Shown one piece after another: positions 1-8,431 of a stretch of 64,000 bases of DNA. The DNA is from Clostridia bacterium. GTDB taxonomy: Bacteria; Bacillota; Clostridia; Christensenellales; UBA1242. A program made the position numbers and the translations under genes. Numbering within the stretch: the first letter of the stretch is position 1; each line of letters begins with the position of its first letter. The DNA lies in contig CAAGAD010000005.1 of the NCBI GenBank assembly GCA_900767715.1, positions 151,632 to 215,631 on the forward strand. The letters run 5' to 3'. Under the pieces are notes generated by a model, which was given only the letters and a program-made list of their open reading frames with translations, searched no databases and was not told the origin of the DNA.

Positions 1-1
1 A

Positions 2-3000
2 AATGTGGTGCTCACACCAGACCTTGTTTACACTGAATTCAGCATTAATGTAGCAATCTATCTCAACCGTTCACTCTACAACCCAACTGACGTGCCAATG
101 GCGACAGCCACAATACTCGTCAACGGCGTTGACACAGCGTCAACAGCAACCAAAGTTCACTTCAAAGACAAAGTCGAATTAGTGGTTACATACAACCCAA
201 CCGGTTCACAAGACTATGTCAACGTGTATAAGTTTGAAGAGATTACTTGCGGTGGCTACCCAGTAAAAGACGTTGCCAATGTAACAATCGGTGATGACCA
301 AAGCGTGACATACACAATCAACGAGTTTGTCAGCGCCAAAAAGGGCAACTATCGTTTCAAATACGCAAGTAGTAAGTCTTCATTCACACTCACAGCCTCA
401 CCAGAAAAGGCTGTACAAGATTCCGCTTTGTATCAAGACAAAGCCGAATACGCACAAGGCGATTCGGTAACCATTCGCGTTGACCAAAACAAGATTAACG
501 CGGGCTATCGCTTCTTGGGCTGGTATTACAACGACGAATTAAAGTCAAGTGACCTTGAATACAAGTTCGACTACAATGTAAGTTTGTTCGGCAACACATT
601 CGAGGCGAGATTTGAAGCGCTTGACTACACCTTTGAATTCTTGTCAGTAGTCAATGGTAGCGTCACCAACGCTAACGATGAAGATTTGGTCGGCACAAAG
701 ACCTACAACGCATACAATGGCTTCACTGACGTCACTGACCAAAACACAAAGCAAATCATTTTCACCCCAGACTTTGTCAACGGCTATTGCATAGACGACA
801 TTGTGTACTATGCGTCCAACGACGCCGAGAACACGCATTCCGTTTATGACTTGCTCGCCATTGACGAAAACGGCGTAGGGGTGTGGGAGTTTGACTTTGC
901 ATTGGTTAGCGAGTTAATCTCAATCGACAACATTGCAAGCACCACATTTGTAATCAAGGCCACATTCAAGCACATCGTTTTGAACGTGAATGTACAAATC
1001 TTCTGCGAAGATGTTGCTACAACCCAAGATGACTTGATTGAATACACCATTTCTGGTTTTGATGGAACCAATCTAAAAACATTTGATATTGAATACGGCG
1101 AAAGTTTCGTACTCACAATCAACTCACTCAAAGACGGCTACAAACTCGTAACATCTGGTGCAGTTCAGTTTGCTGGCGAAAATCAAACCATTGATTCAAA
1201 TAGCGTCACAACTTTGGTTAAACAAAACGGCGTTTTGGCAATCTATATTGAGCGTATTGAATACACAATCAATTTGGGCTATGTCAAAGACTACGGTATT
1301 GTGACAAGGACTGGTAAAGCCAAAGTAGGCGAAACAATCATTTTCACATTGAATAGTGTAAATACAGGTTATGACTTTGCGGGTTTCTATCGCGGTTCGC
1401 GCATTGACGCAGACCAACTTTTGTCTAGCGAAAATCGTTACGAATTCACATTCGCAATCGAAAAAGACACGAGCGGTAACATCATCACCACATACAACTA
1501 TTACGCAGGCTTCATTCCTAAATCAATCACCTTTGTTGTCAAGGCGTATGACGGTAACAATAATTTGATTGATGTGGAAGTTCCACTCTATTACAAAGTT
1601 GACAGTCTAACCAATAGACTCTTGAATAATGCGTCATTCAAGTACGGCGACATTCTCGAACTAACAATCGGCAACATTGAGGGCTACACATTCTCGAAGT
1701 TCGCAGATAGCAGTATCATTCAAGGCACTAGAGTTACGGTCAACGACGCAATGTTGAAAGGCGAGGGCGAAAAAGCAGTTATTCTTATCTACACTGCCAA
1801 CCAGCACAAAATAACCATTTACCACAATATGTATGGCGCGACAGACAAAGACGGCGTTCCACTCGATATTGCCCCAGCACAGACCTTGCGTTATAGTAAA
1901 TCAGGTGGCGCTAACTACGGCTTTGGTTTTGTTAGACCAGAAGTCAGCGCTGAATACAATTCAACAATTAGATTCACAATCAATGCCATTTCTAGCGAAT
2001 GGACGTTTGTAGGTTTGCGCGAAATCAGGGACGACGGCACAGTTACCACAATCCTTGAAGGCACAAACTCAAATAGTTACTCATTCACCTACACAGTGGG
2101 CAACTATGACGCAGAAATCGTTGCATACTTCTCTCCAAAGGTAGAGTTCAAGGATTTCGACGATGTAAATGATAAGGCATACACCTATAAATACACTTCA
2201 AATCCAGTGAGCCTAGGCAATGCAAAAATCGGCATTTCAGCCAATAGTCCATTGAATGATTTGATGAGTATCACTTACAACGGCTCAGCCAATGCTCCAA
2301 CCAACGCCGGCGAATACACACTTGCCATCAAGTTTGACAGCAGTCGCATTCCGGGTTTAAAAGATTTTGTTAGCCCAACGGCAACACTCAAAATCACTCC
2401 AATCGAACTCAAATTCGCATACGACGGCAGAATTAGCAAGGTCTATGACGGCACATCGTCAATACTTGTTTACTCAGGCTTGAAGATTGCGGACGGAATT
2501 TTGCAGGAGAACGACGTCGATTGGCTCACACTTTCGACAGCGGACGCCAATTTCAGTGCCAACTTTGTACGCGCTGACAAGGACGTTTACTACAACCGCA
2601 TTGACGTGGGCGAGAATTACAGCGTAAGATTTGAGAATTTGAAACTAGTTAGCAGGGTGGGCGATTACTCGTCCAAGGTGAATAACTACGTGTTCCCAGA
2701 CAATTCAAACACAATCATATTCCACAACATCGGTAGCATTGTCAAACGCGACATTGACCTACAAAACGTATTGGTTGTCAACAAAATCTTTGATGACACA
2801 ACAAACATCAAGTTTAGAGAAGGCTACTCACTAGCCAACGCAGTTTTGAATCCAAGCCAAAAAGTGAAGATTGGCGACCTAGTTGATGATGTAAGTTTGG
2901 ACTTTGAAAACATTGAACTCTCTTACTCAACCAAGGAAGTAGGTGACAATGTGAGCGTCATCTTCAAATTGCTCAACAACAGCGTGGGTCTAGTTGGCGC

Positions 3001-3613
3001 AAAAGCGAACAACTATTCACTCAAATTCCCAACTCTAACAGGTTACACCATTCACCCAAACCAAGTGACTATAACAGGCGATTTCGGTGAAATTACTATC
3101 GTGGACGTGGACAATAATTTGTATATGCCATTAGACTTGCAAATTAAGGTCACTGCCATTCGTGAAACCAGTGAAAGTTATGCTTCGATTTATGGCATTA
3201 TCGAGCCACAACTTGCCAACAATAAAAACTTTGGCATAGGCTACAACATCGCATTGTACTCAAAAGGTTTTGAATACAAGATTATTAATGGCGCAGTAAT
3301 GGTATTCATTACTCCACCAGCAGACATGAATAATAGTCGAGTTGAAAATGTTTACAAACTCGTCACAGCGCAAGACAATACTTCGGTAGAAAATATGACA
3401 ATCACGACTGACGTGCAAAAGATTTCCTTCCGCACTAGCGAACTTGGCACTTTCGTATTAGTTGCCACTAGAAATCCAGTTCCTTTGTGGTTGATTATCG
3501 TCATCAGCGTAATCGTTGCATTGGCAATTCTATTCTTGTGCTTGTACTTGTTCGTAATCGTTCCTAGAAAACGTGAAAAAGCATACGCGAATTTTAGCAG
3601 ACTTGAACCATAA
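2..3613 (+). CDS. Large cell-surface repeat protein (adhesin-like), 5' end outside the window, C-terminal single TM anchor
   Basis: The frame is open from the window edge, with 1202 aa visible. Recurrent GYxFxGW/F motifs (GYRFLGWYYNDE, GYDFAGFYRGS, GYTFSKFADSS) are typical of Listeria-Bacteroides/InlB-B type repeats. Later segments YTYKYTSNP...NAPTNAGEYTLAIKF and KVYDGTSS resemble MBG/YDG adhesin domains. The hydrophobic stretch PLWLIIVISVIVALAILFLCLYLFVIV is followed by PRKREK at the C-terminus. Confidence 0.7.
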   Translation, partial: NVVLTPDLVYTEFSINVAIYLNRSLYNPTDVPMATATILVNGVDTASTATKVHFKDKVELVVTYNPTGSQDYVNVYKFEEITCGGYPVKDVANVTIGDDQSVTYTINEFVSAKKGNYRFKYASSKSSFTLTASPEKAVQDSALYQDKAEYAQGDSVTIRVDQNKINAGYRFLGWYYNDELKSSDLEYKFDYNVSLFGNTFEARFEALDYTFEFLSVVNGSVTNANDEDLVGTKTYNAYNGFTDVTDQNTKQIIFTPDFVNGYCIDDIVYYASNDAENTHSVYDLLAIDENGVGVWEFDFALVSELISIDNIASTTFVIKATFKHIVLNVNVQIFCEDVATTQDDLIEYTISGFDGTNLKTFDIEYGESFVLTINSLKDGYKLVTSGAVQFAGENQTIDSNSVTTLVKQNGVLAIYIERIEYTINLGYVKDYGIVTRTGKAKVGETIIFTLNSVNTGYDFAGFYRGSRIDADQLLSSENRYEFTFAIEKDTSGNIITTYNYYAGFIPKSITFVVKAYDGNNNLIDVEVPLYYKVDSLTNRLLNNASFKYGDILELTIGNIEGYTFSKFADSSIIQGTRVTVNDAMLKGEGEKAVILIYTANQHKITIYHNMYGATDKDGVPLDIAPAQTLRYSKSGGANYGFGFVRPEVSAEYNSTIRFTINAISSEWTFVGLREIRDDGTVTTILEGTNSNSYSFTYTVGNYDAEIVAYFSPKVEFKDFDDVNDKAYTYKYTSNPVSLGNAKIGISANSPLNDLMSITYNGSANAPTNAGEYTLAIKFDSSRIPGLKDFVSPTATLKITPIELKFAYDGRISKVYDGTSSILVYSGLKIADGILQENDVDWLTLSTADANFSANFVRADKDVYYNRIDVGENYSVRFENLKLVSRVGDYSSKVNNYVFPDNSNTIIFHNIGSIVKRDIDLQNVLVVNKIFDDTTNIKFREGYSLANAVLNPSQKVKIGDLVDDVSLDFENIELSYSTKEVGDNVSVIFKLLNNSVGLVGAKANNYSLKFPTLTGYTIHPNQVTITGDFGEITIVDVDNNLYMPLDLQIKVTAIRETSESYASIYGIIEPQLANNKNFGIGYNIALYSKGFEYKIINGAVMVFITPPADMNNSRVENVYKLVTAQDNTSVENMTITTDVQKISFRTSELGTFVLVATRNPVPLWLIIVISVIVALAILFLCLYLFVIVPRKREKAYANFSRLEP

Positions 3614-3637
3614 TTCATACACAATACAGGAGTTTTT

Positions 3638-4555
3638 ATGACAGATTATGATATTGTAGTTGTAGGAGGAGGCCCTGCGGGGCTTTCTTCCGCAATATAT
3701 GCTTTGCGTGCTGGCAAGCGTGTTGCACTCATCGAAAAAGGCTTTTTGGGCGGACAGGTGGCTTTCACTGCCAACATCAAGAATTACATCGGCTTTGAGA
3801 AAATTACAGGTATGGAACTGGCAGACAAAATGGCGAACCAAGCGCGCGAATACGGGCTTGTAAACATTACAGGCGAAGTGCTCGGCATTGAAAAACATCG
3901 CAACTATTTCACCATAAACCACACCAACGGAATGGTGAGTTGCAAGCGTATAATTTTGTGTATGGGCGTCACAGCCAAATATCTCAATGTGGTCGGCGAA
4001 CGCGAATTCACGGGCAAGGGCGTAAGTTATTGCGCGACTTGTGACGGCAATCTTTTCAAGAATTTGGACGTTGCCGTCGTGGGCGGTGGCGACACTGCTT
4101 TTGAAGATATTTTGTATCTCTCGGCGCTCTGCCATAAAGTTTACGGCATTCATCGAAGCAAGGTGTATCGCGCGAATGATAAACTGCAAAAAGAAGTCGG
4201 CAGACTAGTGCGCGAAGGCAAGGTTGAACTCATCACCGACAGCGTGATCAAGGAAATTAAGGGCGATAAATATCTAACCGAGATAGAAATTTACAACACA
4301 CTTGAACAAAAATCTTCAACACTCAAAGTTCGCGGGCTTTTCGTGGCAATCGGGGCAGAACCACGCACTGACTTTACGCGCGGATTAGTCGCCACTGATG
4401 AGCGCGGTTACATCAAGGTCAATGCACGCAAGCAGACGAGTGTCAAGGGCATTTACGCAGCGGGTGACATTACCAACACGAATTTGCGCCAGATTGTCAC
4501 CGCGTGTGCCGACGGCGCAATCGCGGGTAGCGAATCTGCAAAATCAATACATTAA
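3638..4555 (+). CDS. trxB: Thioredoxin-disulfide reductase
   Basis: N-terminal FAD motif DIVVVGGGPAGLSSAIY, redox-active CATCDG motif and second dinucleotide motif VAVVGGGDTA. SD AGGAG lies 6 nt upstream. Confidence 0.93.
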   Translation: MTDYDIVVVGGGPAGLSSAIYALRAGKRVALIEKGFLGGQVAFTANIKNYIGFEKITGMELADKMANQAREYGLVNITGEVLGIEKHRNYFTINHTNGMVSCKRIILCMGVTAKYLNVVGEREFTGKGVSYCATCDGNLFKNLDVAVVGGGDTAFEDILYLSALCHKVYGIHRSKVYRANDKLQKEVGRLVREGKVELITDSVIKEIKGDKYLTEIEIYNTLEQKSSTLKVRGLFVAIGAEPRTDFTRGLVATDERGYIKVNARKQTSVKGIYAAGDITNTNLRQIVTACADGAIAGSESAKSIH

Positions 4556-4578
4556 AAAACACAGCAATGTGTTTTTTA
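4556..4578 (+). terminator. Rho-independent terminator after trxB
   Basis: AACACA-gcaa-TGTGTT hairpin followed by a T-run, immediately after the trxB stop. Confidence 0.65.
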
Positions 4579-4579
4579 T

Positions 4580-4608
4580 TTGTCTATTGGCGCACTTTGT
4601 GTTATAAT
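4580..4608 (+). promoter_or_regulatory. Sigma-A type promoter abutting the ung start codon (leaderless candidate)
   Basis: TTGTCT(4580-4585), 17 nt, TATAAT(4603-4608) with upstream TGt, 6 nt, ATG(4615). No purine-rich SD. Confidence 0.55.
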
Positions 4609-4614
4609 GCAAGT

Positions 4615-5286
4615 ATGAGTAACTATGTTTTGAACGAAGATTGGCAAAAAGTTTTGACGCCTGCATTCACGCAAGAATTCAAGCAAAAATTATTTGGTTT
4701 CGTGAATGAACAGTACGCCACGCACCGTTGTTTTCCCACCAAAGAAAACGTTTTTCACGCACTCAATCTCACGCCAGTTGACAAGGTAAAAGTGGTGATA
4801 ATTGGACAAGACCCATATCACACACCTTTGCAGGCTGACGGCTTGGCTTTTTCGTGCGCAGACGGCAAGGCACAACCATCTTTGCAAAACATTTTCAAAG
4901 AACTCTCCGCAGATTTAGGCGTGCCAGCACCAACCAAAACCACGCTTAATGGCTGGGCAGAGCAAGGCGTTTTGCTACTCAACAGCGTTTTGACAGTGCA
5001 AATGGGTGTGGCAGGTTCGCACGCGGGGCACGGCTGGGAAGAAGTAACAAAGACTATCATCAAATATTTGGCAAGCCTTGACCGCCCAATCGTATTCATT
5101 TTGTGGGGTGGTTATGCACGAAAGTATGCCAGTTTCATCGACAAAAACAAGCATTTAGTGATTGAATCGGCGCACCCAAGCCCACTTTCTGCATACAACG
5201 GTTTCTTTGGCAGTAAACCATTTAGCCGTTGCAATGATTATTTAGTGAAAAATGGTTTGTCACCGATAAAATGGGAGAATAATTAG
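4615..5286 (+). CDS. ung: Uracil-DNA glycosylase
   Basis: GQDPYH water-activating loop and HPSPLS motif. The N-terminus MSNYVLNEDWQKVL fits the family. The ORF-track start at 4567 would run through the terminator and promoter. Confidence 0.9.
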   Translation: MSNYVLNEDWQKVLTPAFTQEFKQKLFGFVNEQYATHRCFPTKENVFHALNLTPVDKVKVVIIGQDPYHTPLQADGLAFSCADGKAQPSLQNIFKELSADLGVPAPTKTTLNGWAEQGVLLLNSVLTVQMGVAGSHAGHGWEEVTKTIIKYLASLDRPIVFILWGGYARKYASFIDKNKHLVIESAHPSPLSAYNGFFGSKPFSRCNDYLVKNGLSPIKWENN

Positions 5287-5294
5287 GAGAAAAT

Positions 5295-5828
5295 ATGTTC
5301 GTAAAATACATTTTGCCCACACTCATCATCGTGGGCGCGATTGCAATCAGCGCAATATTCATAGTGTTGAGTAAACATACAGCCAAGCACGCTAACCACA
5401 CGTTCAGTTCGGCGGACGGTTTTATGGCGAAGCCAAGATTCATCAAATCGCAATACATTGAAATGTATCGTGCAATCAAGTCGGTTTTGCCGGAAAATAT
5501 CATCATTCAAACCAAAGTTACACTTGACACTTTCATTCTGTACAACGGATATGAAGTTGATAAGAAAAAGTTGTTGAGCAAATATGTGGATATGGTGATA
5601 TTTGCAGAGAGTGATTTTATGCCGATTTTGGCGCTAGACTTGTACAATTACGACACCACTTTGGAGTCAATGCAGGTGTTGAGAAAGGACATCGTCGGCT
5701 TGCTTAATTCGTGCGGAATACCTTGTATCTCTCTGCCTGTGGAAATGGCAAAAGACCCAACCAATTTGCAAAAAACATTGCTCGGCGCAATGAAAGAAAG
5801 CGACTTGAATAAAATAGGAGTGATTTAA
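5295..5828 (+). CDS. Membrane-anchored DUF2726-like protein (restriction-endonuclease-like fold), function unknown
   Basis: N-terminal TM segment (ILPTLIIVGAIAISAIFIVL). The core YVDMVIFAESDFMPILALDL ... RKDIVGLLNSCGIPCISL resembles the DUF2726 pattern (D..hhh...ELD ... aGIPhhR). SD AGGAG. Confidence 0.45.
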   Translation: MFVKYILPTLIIVGAIAISAIFIVLSKHTAKHANHTFSSADGFMAKPRFIKSQYIEMYRAIKSVLPENIIIQTKVTLDTFILYNGYEVDKKKLLSKYVDMVIFAESDFMPILALDLYNYDTTLESMQVLRKDIVGLLNSCGIPCISLPVEMAKDPTNLQKTLLGAMKESDLNKIGVI

Positions 5829-6904
5829 TGACAGACAAAACAAAATGTATAATTATCGCGGGCTACACCAAGCAGGACAACATTGAATATAACTTGCAAG
5901 AAATTACCGAACTTGCACTGTCTTGCGGGCTTGATGTTGTAGGCAAGATTTATCAAATCATCACTACGCCAGACATACGCACTTTTCTTGGCAAGGGCAA
6001 GGTGGAAGAATTGGCAAGCCTTGTTGAACAAACGGGCGCAGAATTGGTGGTTGTAGATAATCAACTGACCGGCAGTCAACTCAACAATATCGAAGAAGTG
6101 GTCAACGTTCGCACAATCGACCGCAATATGCTAATCCTAGATATTTTTGCGGGTCGCGCGCAGTCACAAGAAGGCAAATTGCAAGTCAAACTTGCCCAAC
6201 TAAAATATAGCCTGCCACGCCTTGCGTCCATTAGCGGTAGCCAAGGTCGATTCGGTTCGTCAGGCGTCGGCTCACGCGGACCAGGCGAGAGCAAACTCGA
6301 ACTTGACCGCAGACGCGTTAAATATGAGATTTCAGCCGTCGAAAAAGATTTGAACGACATCGCCAAGGCTCGCCAAGTACAATCTTTTAAACGAAAATCC
6401 ACAATGAAAAATGTGGCAATCGTCGGCTACACAAATGCCGGCAAAAGTACGCTTATCAACAACATTACTAAGGCAAACACTTACGCTGATGACCGTTTGT
6501 TTGCCACACTCGACGTGCTCTCGAAAAAAGTTTGGGACGACGGCGTAGAATATGTGCTCACTGACACAGTGGGCTTTGTCAGTCGCTTGCCACACGAACT
6601 AATGAAGGCGTTTAGCGCCACATTGGGCGAAGCCAAAGACGCGGACGTCGTGCTTTTAGTTTTCGACCTAACTGACGACCTTTGGTACAACAAATTGCAA
6701 GTGGTCGAGAGCGTTTTAAACGACCTCGGCGTAGATAAAAATCGCATTATTTACGTGGGCAACAAAATTGACAGCGCGCCAAGCGAATATGTGGTCGGCG
6801 CGAGAGAGATTTTGAAGGAGAATTTGATAATGATTTCTGCGCGCAAAAACTCTAATATTGACGAACTGAAAAAAGCGATAAAAATTCGTTTGCAAAACAC
6901 TTAA
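5828..6904 (+). CDS. hflX: GTPase HflX
   Basis: HflX N-terminal domain, then G1 GYTNAGKSTL and G3 DTVGF. Length 358 aa. Confidence 0.9.
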   Translation: MTDKTKCIIIAGYTKQDNIEYNLQEITELALSCGLDVVGKIYQIITTPDIRTFLGKGKVEELASLVEQTGAELVVVDNQLTGSQLNNIEEVVNVRTIDRNMLILDIFAGRAQSQEGKLQVKLAQLKYSLPRLASISGSQGRFGSSGVGSRGPGESKLELDRRRVKYEISAVEKDLNDIAKARQVQSFKRKSTMKNVAIVGYTNAGKSTLINNITKANTYADDRLFATLDVLSKKVWDDGVEYVLTDTVGFVSRLPHELMKAFSATLGEAKDADVVLLVFDLTDDLWYNKLQVVESVLNDLGVDKNRIIYVGNKIDSAPSEYVVGAREILKENLIMISARKNSNIDELKKAIKIRLQNT

Positions 6905-6929
6905 CATAATTTTGATAGAAAGATATAAT
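6901..6929 (+). promoter_or_regulatory. Candidate sigma-A promoter for mcsA-mcsB-clpC
   Basis: TTAACA(6901-6906), 17 nt, TATAAT(6924-6929). It overlaps the hflX stop. No CtsR operator (GGTCAAA repeat) is visible in 6905-7005. Confidence 0.35.
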
Positions 6930-7005
6930 CAAATATGGAAATACTATATTAACGATAGTTTCTCTGCAAGATGACAGAGTGAGTAAAGAGTGATTGAGAG
7001 GTTTT

Positions 7006-7479
7006 ATGAAGTGCGATAATTGCGAAAATATGGCAACCTACACGAGCATATTAGTGCAAAACGGCAAAAAGACAGAAGTGCACCTTTGCACCGAATGTGC
7101 CATCAAGGCGGGCGTCTTGAAGAAAATTGGTGGTTTTCCGTTTGCCAACTTTTTTGAAGTGCTAGAACCAAAGTTGCAGTCAGTTGACAAACAACTCTCT
7201 TGTTCGCGTTGCCACACCACTGCTACCGAGTTTTTGAACACGGGCAAGGTGGGTTGCAGTCAATGTTTCAATGACTTGCGCGAAGTGATTGCTCCTATGG
7301 TCAAACGTTTCAATGCTGACCGCGGTCACAAACCGAACGCACACACAATGACGGACAAGCAAAAACAACTTTTCTCACTAAAAAATCAACTCAAAACAGC
7401 AATCGCCGAAGAACGCTACGAAGACGCGGGCGAAATCAATAAGCAAATCAAGATTTTGGAGGCAGAAAATGAACAATAA
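7006..7479 (+). CDS. mcsA: McsA-like zinc-finger/UVR-domain protein (activator of arginine kinase McsB)
   Basis: CxxC pairs (CDNCEN..CTEC, CSRC..CSQC) and a C-terminal UVR-like motif (AIAEERYEDAGEINKQIKILE). ATG at 7006 has SD GAGAGG. The track start at 6994 is TTG. Confidence 0.8.
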   Translation: MKCDNCENMATYTSILVQNGKKTEVHLCTECAIKAGVLKKIGGFPFANFFEVLEPKLQSVDKQLSCSRCHTTATEFLNTGKVGCSQCFNDLREVIAPMVKRFNADRGHKPNAHTMTDKQKQLFSLKNQLKTAIAEERYEDAGEINKQIKILEAENEQ

Positions 7480-8431
7480 TGGAGTATTTATTTCCACCAA
7501 AATTCAAATTTTGCGTAATTTAAAAGATTACAAGTTTATCAGCAAAATTAGCCTTGATGAAGCAAACAAAGTAATAGAGAAAGTTTCATCTTTAATCACA
7601 TCTGGATATAGGTTTAGGCACACAAAACAAATTGATGAGCGCGAAATAAACTATTTACTAAAAAAGCAACTCATCACCAAACCACTCGTTGCCCATAATG
7701 AGTTTAGCGCAGTGGGTGTGAGCAAAGACGGCAATATGAGTATTATGCTCAATGAACAAGACCACATTGTGACGACGGCTGTCGCATACGGACTTGATGC
7801 GTCGGGATTGTACGAACGTATGAAGCCTACACTTGACCAGATTGAGAACGGTCTGTCGCTCGCATACGATGACGAATACGGCTATCTCTGTTCGTCACTC
7901 AATGACATCGGCTCGGCAATGCACGTATCAGTTGTTATGTGCCTTGTGGGGCTTAGTCAAATAGGTGAATTAGACGGAATTGTGTCGCATTTAACTCAAA
8001 TTGGCTTTTCTGTGCGTCCATTGAAACTAAAAAACTCATATTTGTATGAGATTGAGAGCGCCAGTTGTTTGGGACAGAATGAACAAGACATCATCAACGG
8101 CATTCAAACAGTCGCTATGAGATTGCAAGAGTGCGAAATGAACGCTCGACGAATGATTTACGAAAGCCAGCCAGACAAAATTACAGATATGGTGCGCCGT
8201 GCCTATGGAGTGGTGAAGAATTGTTATCGCATATCATATCGCGAACTCAACGAACTAGGCAGTGAGTTGCGTATGGGTGCTAGCCTTGGACTAGTTGACA
8301 TCGATGTGAAGTCACTCGACGACGCAATAGCGCACAACAACATAGAAACACTTATTTTCAAGGGTGAAGAAATGAACGATTACGAAATCACTCTTGCAAA
8401 GAATATTCAAAACGCATTAAAGGAGAACTAA
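7469..8431 (+). CDS. mcsB: Protein arginine kinase McsB (guanidino phosphotransferase family)
   Basis: Sits between mcsA and clpC. It carries an NEQDHI motif (family NEEDH) and a SAMHVSVVM segment (family RASVMxHLP). Somewhat short at 320 aa. Confidence 0.8.
   Translation: MNNNGVFISTKIQILRNLKDYKFISKISLDEANKVIEKVSSLITSGYRFRHTKQIDEREINYLLKKQLITKPLVAHNEFSAVGVSKDGNMSIMLNEQDHIVTTAVAYGLDASGLYERMKPTLDQIENGLSLAYDDEYGYLCSSLNDIGSAMHVSVVMCLVGLSQIGELDGIVSHLTQIGFSVRPLKLKNSYLYEIESASCLGQNEQDIINGIQTVAMRLQECEMNARRMIYESQPDKITDMVRRAYGVVKNCYRISYRELNELGSELRMGASLGLVDIDVKSLDDAIAHNNIETLIFKGEEMNDYEITLAKNIQNALKEN

Noticed and set aside
3530-4189. 219-aa ORF on the minus strand
   Set aside because: It is entirely antisense to the well-supported trxB gene, has no SD, and its sequence shows no recognisable family features. 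It is a typical shadow ORF.
6935-6952. 5-codon mini-ORF (MEILY) starting 5 nt after the TATAAT upstream of mcsA
   Set aside because: It is too short to evaluate and probably a fortuitous ATG in the 5' UTR. It was not counted among the leaderless candidates.
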